Shown piece after piece: positions 40,901 through 53,879 of a DNA stretch of 64,000 nucleotides (the first letter of the stretch is position 1; the number at the start of each line of letters is the position of its first letter). A model generated the notes under the pieces. That model made no database searches. It was not told the origin of the DNA and worked only from the letters and a program-made list of their open reading frames with translations. The stretch lies in assembly GCF_000181795.1 (NCBI RefSeq), contig NW_003526944.1:5176913-5240912 (forward strand), read 5' to 3'. The position numbers were made by a program, and so were the translations under genes. This DNA comes from Trichinella spiralis. Lineage: Eukaryota.

Positions 40901-43900
40901 ATCAGCAGCTCGTTACGCGGGGGCTTTAATCCGGTGCTCCAACGGACCATCAGAGAGTGGCGTGCCCTGAGATCAATGGCTGAACGAAGAAACAAACGAC
41001 CAAAGAGAAACAAATGCAAAACCCACGTTATGCAACTTGCTTGCTAACGGTGATATCTGTGAACAGTGTACAGCAACCACATGACATGACAGTCATGTGC
41101 TTATCCATTTGACAGCGGATCACATACAACGAAAAGAATCACTGACAGTCTTGTACTGAGACAACACGGATTTACATCGATGTTCGAATCAATGCGTAAT
41201 ATGCAAATCAGAGTTGCTTAAAGCCCGTTTTCTTTCCTGGCACTTGTCATTCTTTTAACGTATAAGTAGTCTAACCGTTTTATATTGCATGGATTTTTTG
41301 AAAATCAAAATCACTTAATATTTCTGCATCGATTACGATTGTTGATATTCAAAAATTGAATAAATTAAGAGAAAAACAATTGTTGCACATTAATATTATT
41401 AATGATATGCATTGTAATCAGGGAAAGTAAAAGAGTTAAGGTGAGCTACGGAACTATGGAATAACATTTGAATAAAACGTATTTATCCATTGTTACGTTA
41501 CAAATCCCATAATATAGTCAAAATATGGCCAAATATGGAGACAACAATGTTTACCTTTTGTGCAGATTTTTCTTCGTATAACTTTTTTCTAAATTTAAAA
41601 CAGTACATTAGTCTGAAACGCCTATATAAATTTTGTATTCAAACATTTTGGCATTGTAGTTTTAATATTAAACATTTTTTTATAAAAAAGTTTCATCAAA
41701 AATAAAGCTGTGCTTTTTATGATATTAATCACTTCAAATATAAAGGGTATTTAAATAAAAGTATTATGAAATTGTAAAAAATGGGTGAAAAATGAAAAAT
41801 TAAATGAAAATAATAATTCGAACTCTTAATTATAAATGTAAAAATTGTTTTATTGGAATCAGCGCTGGCGACGTCCGTTACATCAGAAGCGAAGTGGATA
41901 AAGCAGAACAAAAAAATACTCATGCAACTACTTGAATTCTGGAAGTAGAGTTCAAATGCAGCCTCCCTACGCATTACAACTTTTCAAACAGAATACATAT
42001 AATAAATAGCAAAAATCACATATTAATTATAAAATGGAATGTACCTATTTTGATGCTGCAGATAAACTTAAATATCCATAGAAAAATTAATTCTTTCATA
42101 GATATTTCTTTTTTAATATATTGTATTCAAACAAATTTATTAAAAATCAATGATAAAAGCAAGAATAACAATATTTTGTTCTAATTATAAATATGAACAT
42201 TATTTCATAAAATTCGGCAGTGGAAACGTCCGCTTGTTCGTATTCCACTGATGGTTGATATAGTGGTTTGTGCACTCTTACAAAGTGAACAAACTGGCTG
42301 GCACTTCAGAATTAGCATATGATGAAATGAATACCTCTTTTTACTGATTTATGTGGCAAGTAGTAGCCATATGAAGCATTCTCTGACTTTATTTACAGCC
42401 CTCAGTAACTAATAAAGTCCGTTTTAATTGCTGAAAACTATTCTCATTTTTCTAATTGTTACATTTTTTCAAAATGCTGCATTTTAATTTTACAAATAAT
42501 AATCTTTTAATTAAGAAGCAATTAAAGTGATTCAATTTAAGCGGGATGGTTCTAGATAAATTTTACTTGGTAATTTGAGTGCTAAGATATTGGAATGGTG
42601 TTTCCATTATTTTTTCCGCAATTTCTCGAACGTTAAACACTAAAACACGGTACGGATATGTTTGAAATAGTTGTATAATCCTTTCTGATAGATTCAAGTG
42701 ATTTTTGTAAGGAAAAAATGTTCTCTAAAAATATTGAAATTTTGTGGGATTTTCTGTTTTCTGAAAAGCTGCGAAAAGCCTTTTCAGCCGAAGCAAAGCC
42801 CATACAGAACATTATCCAAAACTGCTTTTTATTAATAAAGTTTGCACTTCTGTTCCAATGCTCATCATTTATATCAAAGGAAAAAAAAGATAATGTTGTA
42901 ACTTCTTGTTGACTTTTACATACACGCTTTATTCATTTAATATAAATCTGTTATGATTTACTTCATTCAACACCTTTTAATGATATGAAATCAATGCCAA
43001 GATCCCAATCATCTAGTGACAATGTCTTTCGATCAAAATGCGATCACTCCCCGTTTTTACAACTTTTCAAATAGAATTCATCCAAAAAATAGCAAAAGAA
43101 AATCATATACATAAATAATGAAATATTTTTATTTTCATGTTGGGAGTAAATTTAAATTTTCATTATCAAATTAATTTTTTGATATGTGATTTCTTCTCTC
43201 ATATGTTTCTAATAATTATCAACAGTAAATATCATGAGCAATAATATTTTGCTTTAATTATGAATATGAAAATTATTTCACTCCACTTGGCAGTGGAAAC
43301 GTCCGCTTGTTCGTATTCCACTGGTGGTTGACTTGTTGGTTGGTGCGCTCTTACAAGGTGTACCGAACGTTGCCAAGATCACGTGTATGCATTGTCACCA
43401 ATGCATACTTTCTGAAATTTGTTAAGCAACTGAATATCTCTCGCTTGAAAATCGAGGGATATTTCCCGCCACAGATCAGGCAGATGGCTCACTAGTGTTT
43501 CATCACTTTGATCAATTTTTTTTTTAATTTTGCATCAACAAAGAGATTATGTAAATTACATTTTTATGGTCTGGTAAATTTTCTTTGTCAAAAGGAGAAG
43601 CCAGAGTCTTTAGATTTTTGTGAAAAGCTTTTCAATAAAAATTCCATTTATGTGGGACATTTTTGAATTTTCAAATCTGAAATTCAGACATTCGAGGGCG
43701 TGTTTTGTCTGGGTCATTTTGTTGTTGTGGAGTTCAGCGAGACAGCGCTTTTAAATTGTCCTCATTGGGTGAATTTAATAATGCTTCTCAATTCTTCTTT
43801 CAAAGCATTTGAAATTATTCTATTCCAATAATGCGATGCATACGCCGGATTATCCGTTCATTGCACATGAATTTTTATTGTTTATATTGCATCAGCATTC

Positions 43901-46900
43901 CATTGGAATTCATAGTCAAAAATAATTTCCAATGCTATTTTCAAGCGCTCCATTATGCAAATAAGGGTCGATTGAAAATTGCCTTATCATCATTAATGGT
44001 GCGCAGGTATGTTCGATTTAGTTGGCAACTGGTAGCGTCGTAAAAAGTTCTCTGAATTTATTCACTGCGTTTAGTAACTAATGAACTCGGTATTTTTATT
44101 GTTGAAAATAATACATTTTTCTGAAAGCTACTGGAAACTCTCTATACATAATCTTTATGCTAACGTTCATTAAGACAAGCAGAACAAGTGAAGATAAGAA
44201 GAATATGCGGTTCCGCCGTGGGTCCCCCATTCTGTAAGTCTGGGCTTGGGATACTTCAAAAGAGTGATGTTATCCCATAGTTTAATTTAGTTAACGACAA
44301 ACCTGCATAACTGAGTTTTGAATTATTGCAGTACTTGGTCATTCACGCAGCAAAATTTATGTATCCAACTTTTCATTTTCGTTCATTTTCTAATTTTTGA
44401 TTTCCTTTTTTCACATTTTACATTTAGTTTTGTTTTCAATACTTTCCAAAGTAGATTCTTTTCATTTTTATTTTTCAAACCCATTCATTCAAACTTGACT
44501 TGTTCCAATCTATGTTGAGCAACACTGAGGGCTTGTCTGCTATATGGGGTCCCAAAAGGTGCATATAAATGGGCAGCAATTTATTCAGCTAACACCTATT
44601 TTGCAACATCTCAAATGGAAAATGCAGAACAGCTAATATCATAAATTAATAATAAAAGGCAATCGTTTTATTTTTATGAAACGTACGAATTTAAATTATA
44701 TTAAAATTCATTTTTTGGCAAATATTTGTTTATCAAAAATAATCTTTACTTCATTTGATTGTTTTTCTTTTGTTTCAGTGTTTTAAGAAAACTGTCATTC
44801 ATAAATTGAAAGAATTTATAGGAATCACAGTCTTAAATTGTTCAAAATGCTAGAATGGTCAACATCCATTCATTTGATTTATTTCTTTCGTTACATCATC
44901 CACATCATTACGTTGTTATTTTATGTTTGCATATGTGCATCATCAATTACAAACTGTGCAAAACTTTACCACAGTAATTATTACATTATTCGTAAACAAT
45001 AAATATCATTGAATTGCTGAAAAAAGTCAAACTAGATGAAGTATTATACATATATTAAATGTTCATGCTTGTGGTGAGCTATAGCTGCAAAGTAAACGAA
45101 CTTCAACTTCTTTACCAGAATTTTTATGCAAATTTTTGGAGACTGGACGTTAGTTTAATAATCATAATCATCAGAAACTTTTCAATTATATGCAGTTGAA
45201 GGTTGAAATTATTAACATTTCAATTTTTTCATTTTCTGCAGTTATCCTGGTGTAACTGTAGAATACGTTCAATTTTTCAATTTACACTTTACACTTGCAA
45301 ATGGCGTTGAATTTCCATGTGAACTCAACTGATCTAGCTTCACCAAGCCGAGTGATTTCTATTATGCATGTAAGAAAAATCATTGTTTTCTATACCATAA
45401 GTTACTTAACTTTATTATTACTTAATATTAATTTTTTATTCTACATCATCAAAGACTTTTTCTCCGATTAATTTTGTTTGTCAGAATGCGCAGCCATATA
45501 CTTTTTATTTTTTGCAGTAAGTTTTATTTATGTAGGTCGTTTTTGAAATTTGAAATCCCAAGTTAAGACATGCGGAGGCGTGTTTTGGCTAAGGCAATGT
45601 TTTTGTTATGGCGTTTTTTTCGTCAGATAGTTTATATTTTGACGTAATTTCAAATTTCAAGGTCATTTTTGTATTTTCAAATTACTGTCATTCGTATAAT
45701 TTGGCATTTTATTTGAATTGTTTCCCCAAAGCATCACTTTTTCTGGCTTCCTGCCAGGCAGCTTATAATATTAAATGAGCATGCATTTTATTTCTTATAT
45801 TTATATTATTTCTAGTATTTAGAATATGCTTGGTAATAAAGATCAAATGAGAGTTTCTGTAATAAGAAGTATTTATATGTTCGGCAAAGCTACAATTAAA
45901 TTTTCTTTTCAAACAGAGTGCATTAGTTAAGTAAATAAGCGCAATGAAAACTATGCACTAGTCTCGTTTATCAGCAGAAATGAATAAAATAAAAATTTGC
46001 ATGCGACGTCGTTCGCCTTATTGACATATTGGAAATAATTTTAGTTTGAGGCCGTCCGTGGATAGAAGCACTGCGTTTGGATTGGAAAATTAGCTGATGA
46101 CCAATATCAAATGCCAAACACTAGATTTGATTTTTATTCATTACTATTTTTTGGAATAATTTTTGAAAAATAATATTTCAATGAACATCCAAACAGTATG
46201 AACATCAACAATGAGAAGATGATGCATTTTGCGGTAAGTGGCAGTTTTTCATTTTTAAGTCGTAATCACTTAACAATGGAATTGAGCATCGATATTGAGC
46301 ATATTTTCTCAGTATATTTTCTTTAAATTCTCAACATGAGATGATAAGTGATTTAATAAACGCCAAATTTCCGTACACTTGAGTTTGATTTAATACACCC
46401 TGTATGCTTTGTTTGCCTAATATTAAAATATGGTCATTCGAAAATTACTATTGCACTAGCTAACATGGACGTTGAACTGACTCGAGCAAGCTTTTGCATA
46501 CAAATTGTTCACCTAAAATTAGCTTTGAATGAAAAATTATGAAAATTTTCAGACATACGTAGGTGTGTTTTGTCTAAGTGAATTTTGTTTTGTTATGGCG
46601 TTATTTGTCAAATAGTTTATATACTGACTGAATTTGAAATGTCAAGGTCATTTTTGAATTTTCAAATAGTCGTTTTATTATTGGTAGAATTTAGCAGGGC
46701 ATTTATTCTGCAGATATTGTAACGCGGATTGGGTTAGCTTTTATCTTCAGCCAAAAGTTTTAACGCACTAAAAACCGGTTTCTAACGCTACACTATGCAA
46801 ATAAGGATCGCTATAAGCTGCCTTATTTCCTAAGTTGCTTTGTTTGTTAATTTACCTGCCATCGGTACTTCCTTGAACGTCTCTCAGTTCATTACGGCCG

Positions 46901-47610
46901 TTAAGTACTGCTGACGCCGTTTCGATTTACGACAAGGATTCCACTTTTCGGCTTGTTATTTTTAAAACTTTGTGTACTCATTTTGTGAACAATTACTTTT
47001 CAATTAGATAACACTTAATTATTTTGCTTTATGATAGTCCGCGCACAGGTTTAGTTTAATAAGCATATTGAAAGGTTAAAGAATGTTCCGCACACCATGT
47101 GAACCCACCTGAGGCACAATACTTAACGAGAGAATGTGCGAGGTAAATGCTATTTCTTGAGAATCTGTGACGAACGGCTAATGATATTTCACATTTGAGA
47201 TGTGAATCCTTAATTTAATGAAATTTTCTTCTTGTCGGAGTTTATATGAGTGAGATATTTATCACTGTTAAACTGTACTTTTTAATCTTCCTATAAAGAT
47301 TAGGAATGACTTCATCTATGTATAAGATTGAAAATTATTGATCGTGATTTTCACTATTTTTTTCTTTTTCCCAGCGTCCAATCCTCTTTGGTAAAATTAC
47401 ATCTTTTGTTCGGTTAACTTTGAATTGTGCCGCATACACACCGAGTGTGCTTATATTTTACTGAACATCATTTCTGCCAGGAATTCCATTTATGTACGAC
47501 TTTCTTAGGGGTTGATGCTGCAGTTTGTCCGAATTTCAACCGTTCGGTTAAAAATTATTTCTTCTTCCAATGATTTTCCAATTTAACTCACACCGGTTTT
47601 CTTATTACTA

Positions 47611-47620
47611 NNNNNNNNNN
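47611..47620. other. 10-N assembly gap flanked by a duplicated ~950-bp overlap
   Basis: 46665-47610 and 47621-48572 start and end on the same words. Confidence 0.9.
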
Positions 47621-48933
47621 AATAGTCGTTTTATTATTGGTAGAATTTAGCAGGGCATTTATTATGCAGATATTGTAACGCGGATTGGGTTAGCTTTTAT
47701 CTTCAGCCAAAAGTTTGACGCACTAAAAACCGGTTTCTAACGCTACACTATGCAAATAAGGATCGCTATAACGCTGCCTTATCATTAGTAAGGTTGCGTT
47801 TGTTAGTTTAATTTACGTGGCAGTTGGTAGCTTCGTTGAACGTTCTCTCAGTTCATTACGGGCGTTAAGTAGCTGCTGAAGGCCGTTTCAGATTTACAGA
47901 CAAGTATTCCACTTTTCTGCTTGTTATTTTTAAAACTTTGTGTACTCATTTTGTGAACAATTACTTTTTAATTAGATAGCACTTAATTATTTTACTTTAT
48001 GATAAAGTGCGCACAGTTTTAATTTAATATGGTTATTGCAGGTTTAAAGAATGGAGCAAAGAAAATGTGAAAACACGGACGGCACGAAGCAGAACAAGAG
48101 AAGGCAAGAGGTAAATGCGATTTCTTGTGATTCTGTGAAGCACGGCTAATGATATTTCGTAAAGGTGATGTTAATCCTTAGTTTAATGAAATTTTCAAGT
48201 TTGTAGTATGTAGTATATGAGTGAGATATTTTTCACTGTAAAACTGTACTTTTTAATTTTCATATTAAGATTAGATATGACTTCATCTTTAGAAAGATTG
48301 AAAATTAATAAACTTTATTTTCACTTTTTTTCAAATTTCACAGCATCAGAGCCATTTGGTAAATTACATCTTTTGTTCGGTTAACTTTGTTTGTCAGCAT
48401 ACGCAGCGAGTGTGCTTATATTTTAGTGAAAACATTTTGCGATGAGTTCCATTTATGTAGGTCATTCGCTGTGCTTGAGGCTTCAATTTTCCTAATTTCA
48501 TAGCGTTCGGTTAGAATTAATTCTTCGTCCAGAAAATTTTCCAAATTTAACTCAAACCGGTTTCTATTACTACAGTATGCAAATGAGGATCGCTTGAAAA
48601 TTGCTTTATCATCAATCAGTAATGGTGCGCTTGTTTGTTTGACTTGCGTGGCAAGTAACAGCATCGTCAAACGTCAAACGTTGGCGTTAAGTAACTACTG
48701 AAGTCGGTTTTTAATTGTTGAAAGTATTCAAATTTTTCTCGTTGTTACTTTTTTCGAAACTCTCTATGTATAATAATTTTGTTATCTTTAACTGAAAATC
48801 AGTTACTTCTTTTATTTGAAAATTCTTTGTTCAATTTTTTAATTCCACTGTGTAATAACGTGCGAAAAGTTTTGATTCAACATTTACCATTCTTACAGAT
48901 ATGACGAATGAAGAAAAGAAAATGTGAAAACGG

Positions 48934-49012
48934 GGACAACACGAATTAGATCGCGGACGACACGAAGCAGATCGCGGACGGCACGAAGCAGATCGCGGAC
49001 GACACGAAGCAG
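48934..49012. repeat. 21-bp minisatellite, ~3.5 units
   Basis: Unit CACGAAGCAGATCGCGGACGR starting at 48940, 48961, 48982 and 49003 (partial). Confidence 0.9.
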
Positions 49013-49428
49013 TACAAGAGAAGACAAAGTTCCCGGGACCCCAATTCTGTAGGTCTGGGATTGGGATACTTCGAAGGGCGAAGTTATCCCATAGTTGTAA
49101 TTAAGTTAACGACCAACCTACATGGCTGAGTTTTGAATTAATGCAGTACTTGGTCTTTCACGCAGCAAAATTTATGTATGCAACTGCTTTCATGTGTCGA
49201 AATAATTTTTGATTTCTGTTTATTTTGTAATTTTTATCTTTTCTTACATGGTTTTATTTTGAACACTTTTTAAGCAAATCCCTTTTATTTTATTTTTTAT
49301 TTTTTAGGCTGTTAAACTTCAAACATTTCATTCCATCTTTATTTTCCCCTACCTTTACTTTATACATTTTATTCATTTTTTTCACTTTCTCCTACTATTC
49401 TATTTAATTCTTGGATTCCACTTTTTTT

Positions 49429-50243
49429 NNNNNNNNNNNNNNNNNNNNNNNNNNNNNNNNNNNNNNNNNNNNNNNNNNNNNNNNNNNNNNNNNNNNNNNN
49501 NNNNNNNNNNNNNNNNNNNNNNNNNNNNNNNNNNNNNNNNNNNNNNNNNNNNNNNNNNNNNNNNNNNNNNNNNNNNNNNNNNNNNNNNNNNNNNNNNNNN
49601 NNNNNNNNNNNNNNNNNNNNNNNNNNNNNNNNNNNNNNNNNNNNNNNNNNNNNNNNNNNNNNNNNNNNNNNNNNNNNNNNNNNNNNNNNNNNNNNNNNNN
49701 NNNNNNNNNNNNNNNNNNNNNNNNNNNNNNNNNNNNNNNNNNNNNNNNNNNNNNNNNNNNNNNNNNNNNNNNNNNNNNNNNNNNNNNNNNNNNNNNNNNN
49801 NNNNNNNNNNNNNNNNNNNNNNNNNNNNNNNNNNNNNNNNNNNNNNNNNNNNNNNNNNNNNNNNNNNNNNNNNNNNNNNNNNNNNNNNNNNNNNNNNNNN
49901 NNNNNNNNNNNNNNNNNNNNNNNNNNNNNNNNNNNNNNNNNNNNNNNNNNNNNNNNNNNNNNNNNNNNNNNNNNNNNNNNNNNNNNNNNNNNNNNNNNNN
50001 NNNNNNNNNNNNNNNNNNNNNNNNNNNNNNNNNNNNNNNNNNNNNNNNNNNNNNNNNNNNNNNNNNNNNNNNNNNNNNNNNNNNNNNNNNNNNNNNNNNN
50101 NNNNNNNNNNNNNNNNNNNNNNNNNNNNNNNNNNNNNNNNNNNNNNNNNNNNNNNNNNNNNNNNNNNNNNNNNNNNNNNNNNNNNNNNNNNNNNNNNNNN
50201 NNNNNNNNNNNNNNNNNNNNNNNNNNNNNNNNNNNNNNNNNNN
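49429..50243. other. Assembly gap (815 N)
   Basis: Run of N. Confidence 1.
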
Positions 50244-50659
50244 CCCGGGGACCCCCAAGGCATCATCGCCTCCTAGCCCACGTGCTGGCCTCACGATTTT
50301 GGCCGAGATGACCTTGGGTGGATCCATCTGATCCACCCTCGACGGACCAGATGGCCATTCTGATCCGCCGAAGACGTAGCTTCCGCACCAGATGGCGTGC
50401 GTTGCTAGGCAGATGTGAACCGTTACGCCTACAAAGCCTTGCCGCCTCATGCACATCAAATTGCCGTCACACCTGATACTCAATATTAATGTACTGTCCT
50501 GCAGAACCAACTCATGTTTGCATACTTACCGTATGATTTACAACTCATCATTATTGATTTAATGTATTATGCCTACTTATCTTTTCGAATAAATCTGACT
50601 ACTGTAAGTTGCTGTTTTTTGCTTGCAATTAAAACCCTCTAATTAACTATTAAAAAACC

Positions 50660-50815
50660 CTGCTGAAATATGTAGTTACGAGTGATGTTATTATACCTAA
50701 TTAGAAAATATTATGACCCACTTTTGTGTTTACATTGTATGTTAATCATTTATTAAAAAACTCTCACTGCTAAAATATGTTGTTTCGAGTGACGTTATTT
50801 AACCTAATTAAAAAT
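50660..50815. repeat. Degenerate direct repeat, ~107-bp spacing
   Basis: ctgctgaaatatgtagttacgagtgatgttattatacctaatta versus ctgctaaaatatgttgtttcgagtgacgttatttaacctaatta. Confidence 0.7.
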
Positions 50816-51799
50816 TAAAATACTCAGTGTAGCATTTACGTTGCCTTTTAAACTTTCTAATTAGCATATTAAAATTAATCTCATATTTAATACATTGTTT
50901 TCCTAGATATTACGGATTAATAACATTCTATTTATAGAAGATTACTTCCTATTTATAAAATGATTAAACTCGTTGCACCTTGCCTAAGCTGATTGTTTAT
51001 TTCATTTATACCAAGTTTAATTTTGCCCTTGCCTAATTAAAGGGGACCCCAATTAACATTTTATAAGTAAAAAATTTATATTGAAACAATATCTAATTCA
51101 CCAATAATTAATAAATAAATAAAATTATGCTTATTTAATGTTTACTATATTACATCCCTTTTAACTGTTTACATAACACTGTTTTAAAGTAAAAATCTAC
51201 TTTGACATTACATTCTTTAAAGTAAAAAACTGATTTAAACTAAAAATATATTATTATCAGTATAAAATTAATGAATAATTAAAATCTTTTATATGATGAA
51301 ATGTAAATGAAAAACTGGTTAACTTTTCTACTTTAAAACAGTGTAATGTAAACAAAAACTGAATTTGCCCAATTATTAGATGAATGAACATTATATTTTC
51401 TATATCATTTAAGTTCCTTAATGAATAAATTAATGTATAAAATTTTAACAAATTTAAGCATTACTTAGCATGATTACATGGGGAAACTCTCGATGGAGAT
51501 TAATTTCAAATGTATTATGCCTAAACTGATGAAAGGTGCAACGCCAAATGAACTAGTTAAAGGTGTGACGGCAAATCTGATGTCAATCATTGGCCAAGTG
51601 TCAGAGCCGGCGTAACAATAACACAAACGCATAGCGACGCTTACCGTTCCTCTTGGGGGAGTAACGATCACCACTAGATTGGCACTGAAACAGAGTCTCA
51701 GCACTACGTCAATTGCGAATTTGCATAACTGCCTCTAGGACAGATACGTCTTACGAATTCACATAGATGTTGAAATCCCATTGCACAAGATTTCAAACA

Positions 51800-52100
51800 A
51801 CGTCCATTTCCACACAAATGGACATGGTCATCTCTTTAAAACCGGTCTCTGGCCAGCACGGGACTAGGAGACTCCGCCGAGGGAAGTCCCCGTTAACGGG
51901 CAGGAGGGCGGGGGGCGGCGCGGGGGCGGTCGGGCTGAAAAAAAACCTTGCTTGAGATCCCATTGCTGGGATCCGAGCAAGGCGGCAGGCCTCTGGTACC
52001 GCAACCGGGAGAGGAAGAGGTGAGCTTTGAAAATATGGACTTTGATCATTTGATACGGTTAGGGTCGCGTCGTGCAGTGTAACCCGTCGAACTCCTGCAC
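51800..52100. other. GC-rich structured island (hairpins plus G-quadruplex motif), identity unknown
   Basis: Stems at 51802-51823, 51860-51890, 51946-51982 and 52072-52100; five G-runs at 51898-51934; A8 at 51938-51945. Confidence 0.6.
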
Positions 52101-53879
52101 ACCACCCTATCTCACATTCCTCCTATCCTTGCACTGCTATTCTCAAACATTTACTTATTCTAATACTCAAACTATAGCAGTGCTACAAACTCACTATGCT
52201 CAAAAATTGTCCTTTGAAATGATCGACAAATTATTCAACCATTTCACTTTCCGCAAATGAACCCTAAACTCAACTCGACAAGGCATGGGACGTGAAAACG
52301 TTCAAATGCGGAAAGCCACTCAAATTTATTATAATAATACTCATGATCTACATCCAGTTACTCTAATTAACAAACGTTTGAATTAAATGCTCCACCAACT
52401 TACAGCTCGAGTTTATATAAATTACAGACTCAAGAACTCCTCAGTGAAGTTTAACTAATTAGCCTAACTCAAAGAATTATACTTACCAAACTTACCCCTT
52501 GTCTTTGGGATGTCTTCTTTTATCTTCTATTCTTCTGTATCTAAATGTTGGAGAATTAATTTAATGAAGTAATGTTTTAATAAATAAAAAAACAAAGCCG
52601 TTAGTATTGTTCTTCTTCGTCTGTCATTGCATTGAAAGCGCCATTGTTCATTCGCCGCACATCGTTCGCCTACAATCATTTGAAATGAGTTTCTAGAGCA
52701 ACTAATAGTAGCCACAGGAAAATTTACATAAAGTTCATTTCTACTGATTAACAAGTATGAAACGTATTTCATTTCGTTGGACAAACATTATTTGGGCCAC
52801 GCATAAGCTCAAAAGCAAACAAATTGAAAATGTACTCAAATTTGCATACAAACTAGACAACGCCCATGCTTGAAGAGATAACATTCTATCATATCTTAAA
52901 GCATATCTTGCTTTACATTTAACGCGAAAATGAATTGATCAGATGCCGTTCAACCCTGCTATAAGTCAACAGTCTGTTTGACTGGCGCTCTGCTAATCTG
53001 AAGGTAATTTTCAAATGGCCCAATTTGCATAAAAGTCAGGCAATGCGCATGCAGCCGAATAAACCGGCGTAAGTAAGTTGAATGTGCTACACAGAGATGA
53101 ATTAGGACATAATCTCAACATAATATAAACAATGTGCCCACGTTGGCTGCGCCCCTTGATCAACAAAATTAACTGGATGAAAATTTTGATTCATTTATTT
53201 TCTTGATGATGTAAAATTTTAAAAACAATATTAAATGATAATGAAATTAAATAATTTATGTATGAAAACAGTATTTTTCTGACCTGCATAATAGAGAACA
53301 CTGTCCGCTTAGTGATATTCCACCTGTTCAATTCAGAATGAAATTGAATGCTATAAGCAAGTGAAAATTGAAAAATTTATCGTCTTTTACAGTTAAATCT
53401 AGATTATTACGCAAAGTAATAAATTGAAAAATGAATTTGATCAGAGCCTACAATGTATAGATTTATGTACTTCAGAATTCTGTATAAAATTGTTGTGCAT
53501 ATTTATTCAAAACCTACGTAAATACAGAAAAATACTGACGCTGAAATATACAAAGCACAAAAAGCATGAGTACAAAAAGTTTTGACACTGAATTTTTTTC
53601 TGAATACAGCTTTTTTCCCTTGCAGTTAAGTTACGCACCGCCACCGCTAATCACACACCAGTGAAACGAGATATCAAATATGGATGCAATGTTCGCTCTT
53701 CTCTGATGAGGTCGTTTCTTTCAAACCTTCTTATCAGTAATTTGGCAATTAGTATACTGTATAGAACTGTATTTATAATTATTAATTATATTTCCATGCT
53801 TTCATTTTTCAAATATACTTCAACTTAATGATGTGCATAATAGATCGACACTTTGCACGCAGAATTAAAAATTCTTTAA

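Larger units (their letters stand above)
41190..49200 (-). repeat. Modular repeat family array, opposite orientation to the 37.4-39.2 kb and 53.9-58.5 kb arrays
   Basis: Recurrent blocks: tgcaaataagg..cg (~43957, 46796, 47751, 48578); gggatacttc..ttatcccatagt..gcagtacttggtc (~44250, ~49063); gcgtgttttg (~43698, 45578). Confidence 0.8.

Noticed and set aside
37501..42912. Duplicated 64-aa genes
   Set aside because: Chance ORFs inside the inverted repeat arms, with no recognisable domain.
46665..48572. ~950-bp tandem duplication
   Set aside because: The copies abut a 10-N gap exactly and differ by scattered indels typical of poor read ends; most likely an unmerged contig overlap.
49400..50510. 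Long ORFs of 288-368 aa
   Set aside because: Artefacts of translating through N.
51526..53720. Hammerhead ribozyme cores (CTGATGA at ~51526 and ~53703)
   Set aside because: No stem II closed by GAAA in the required geometry.
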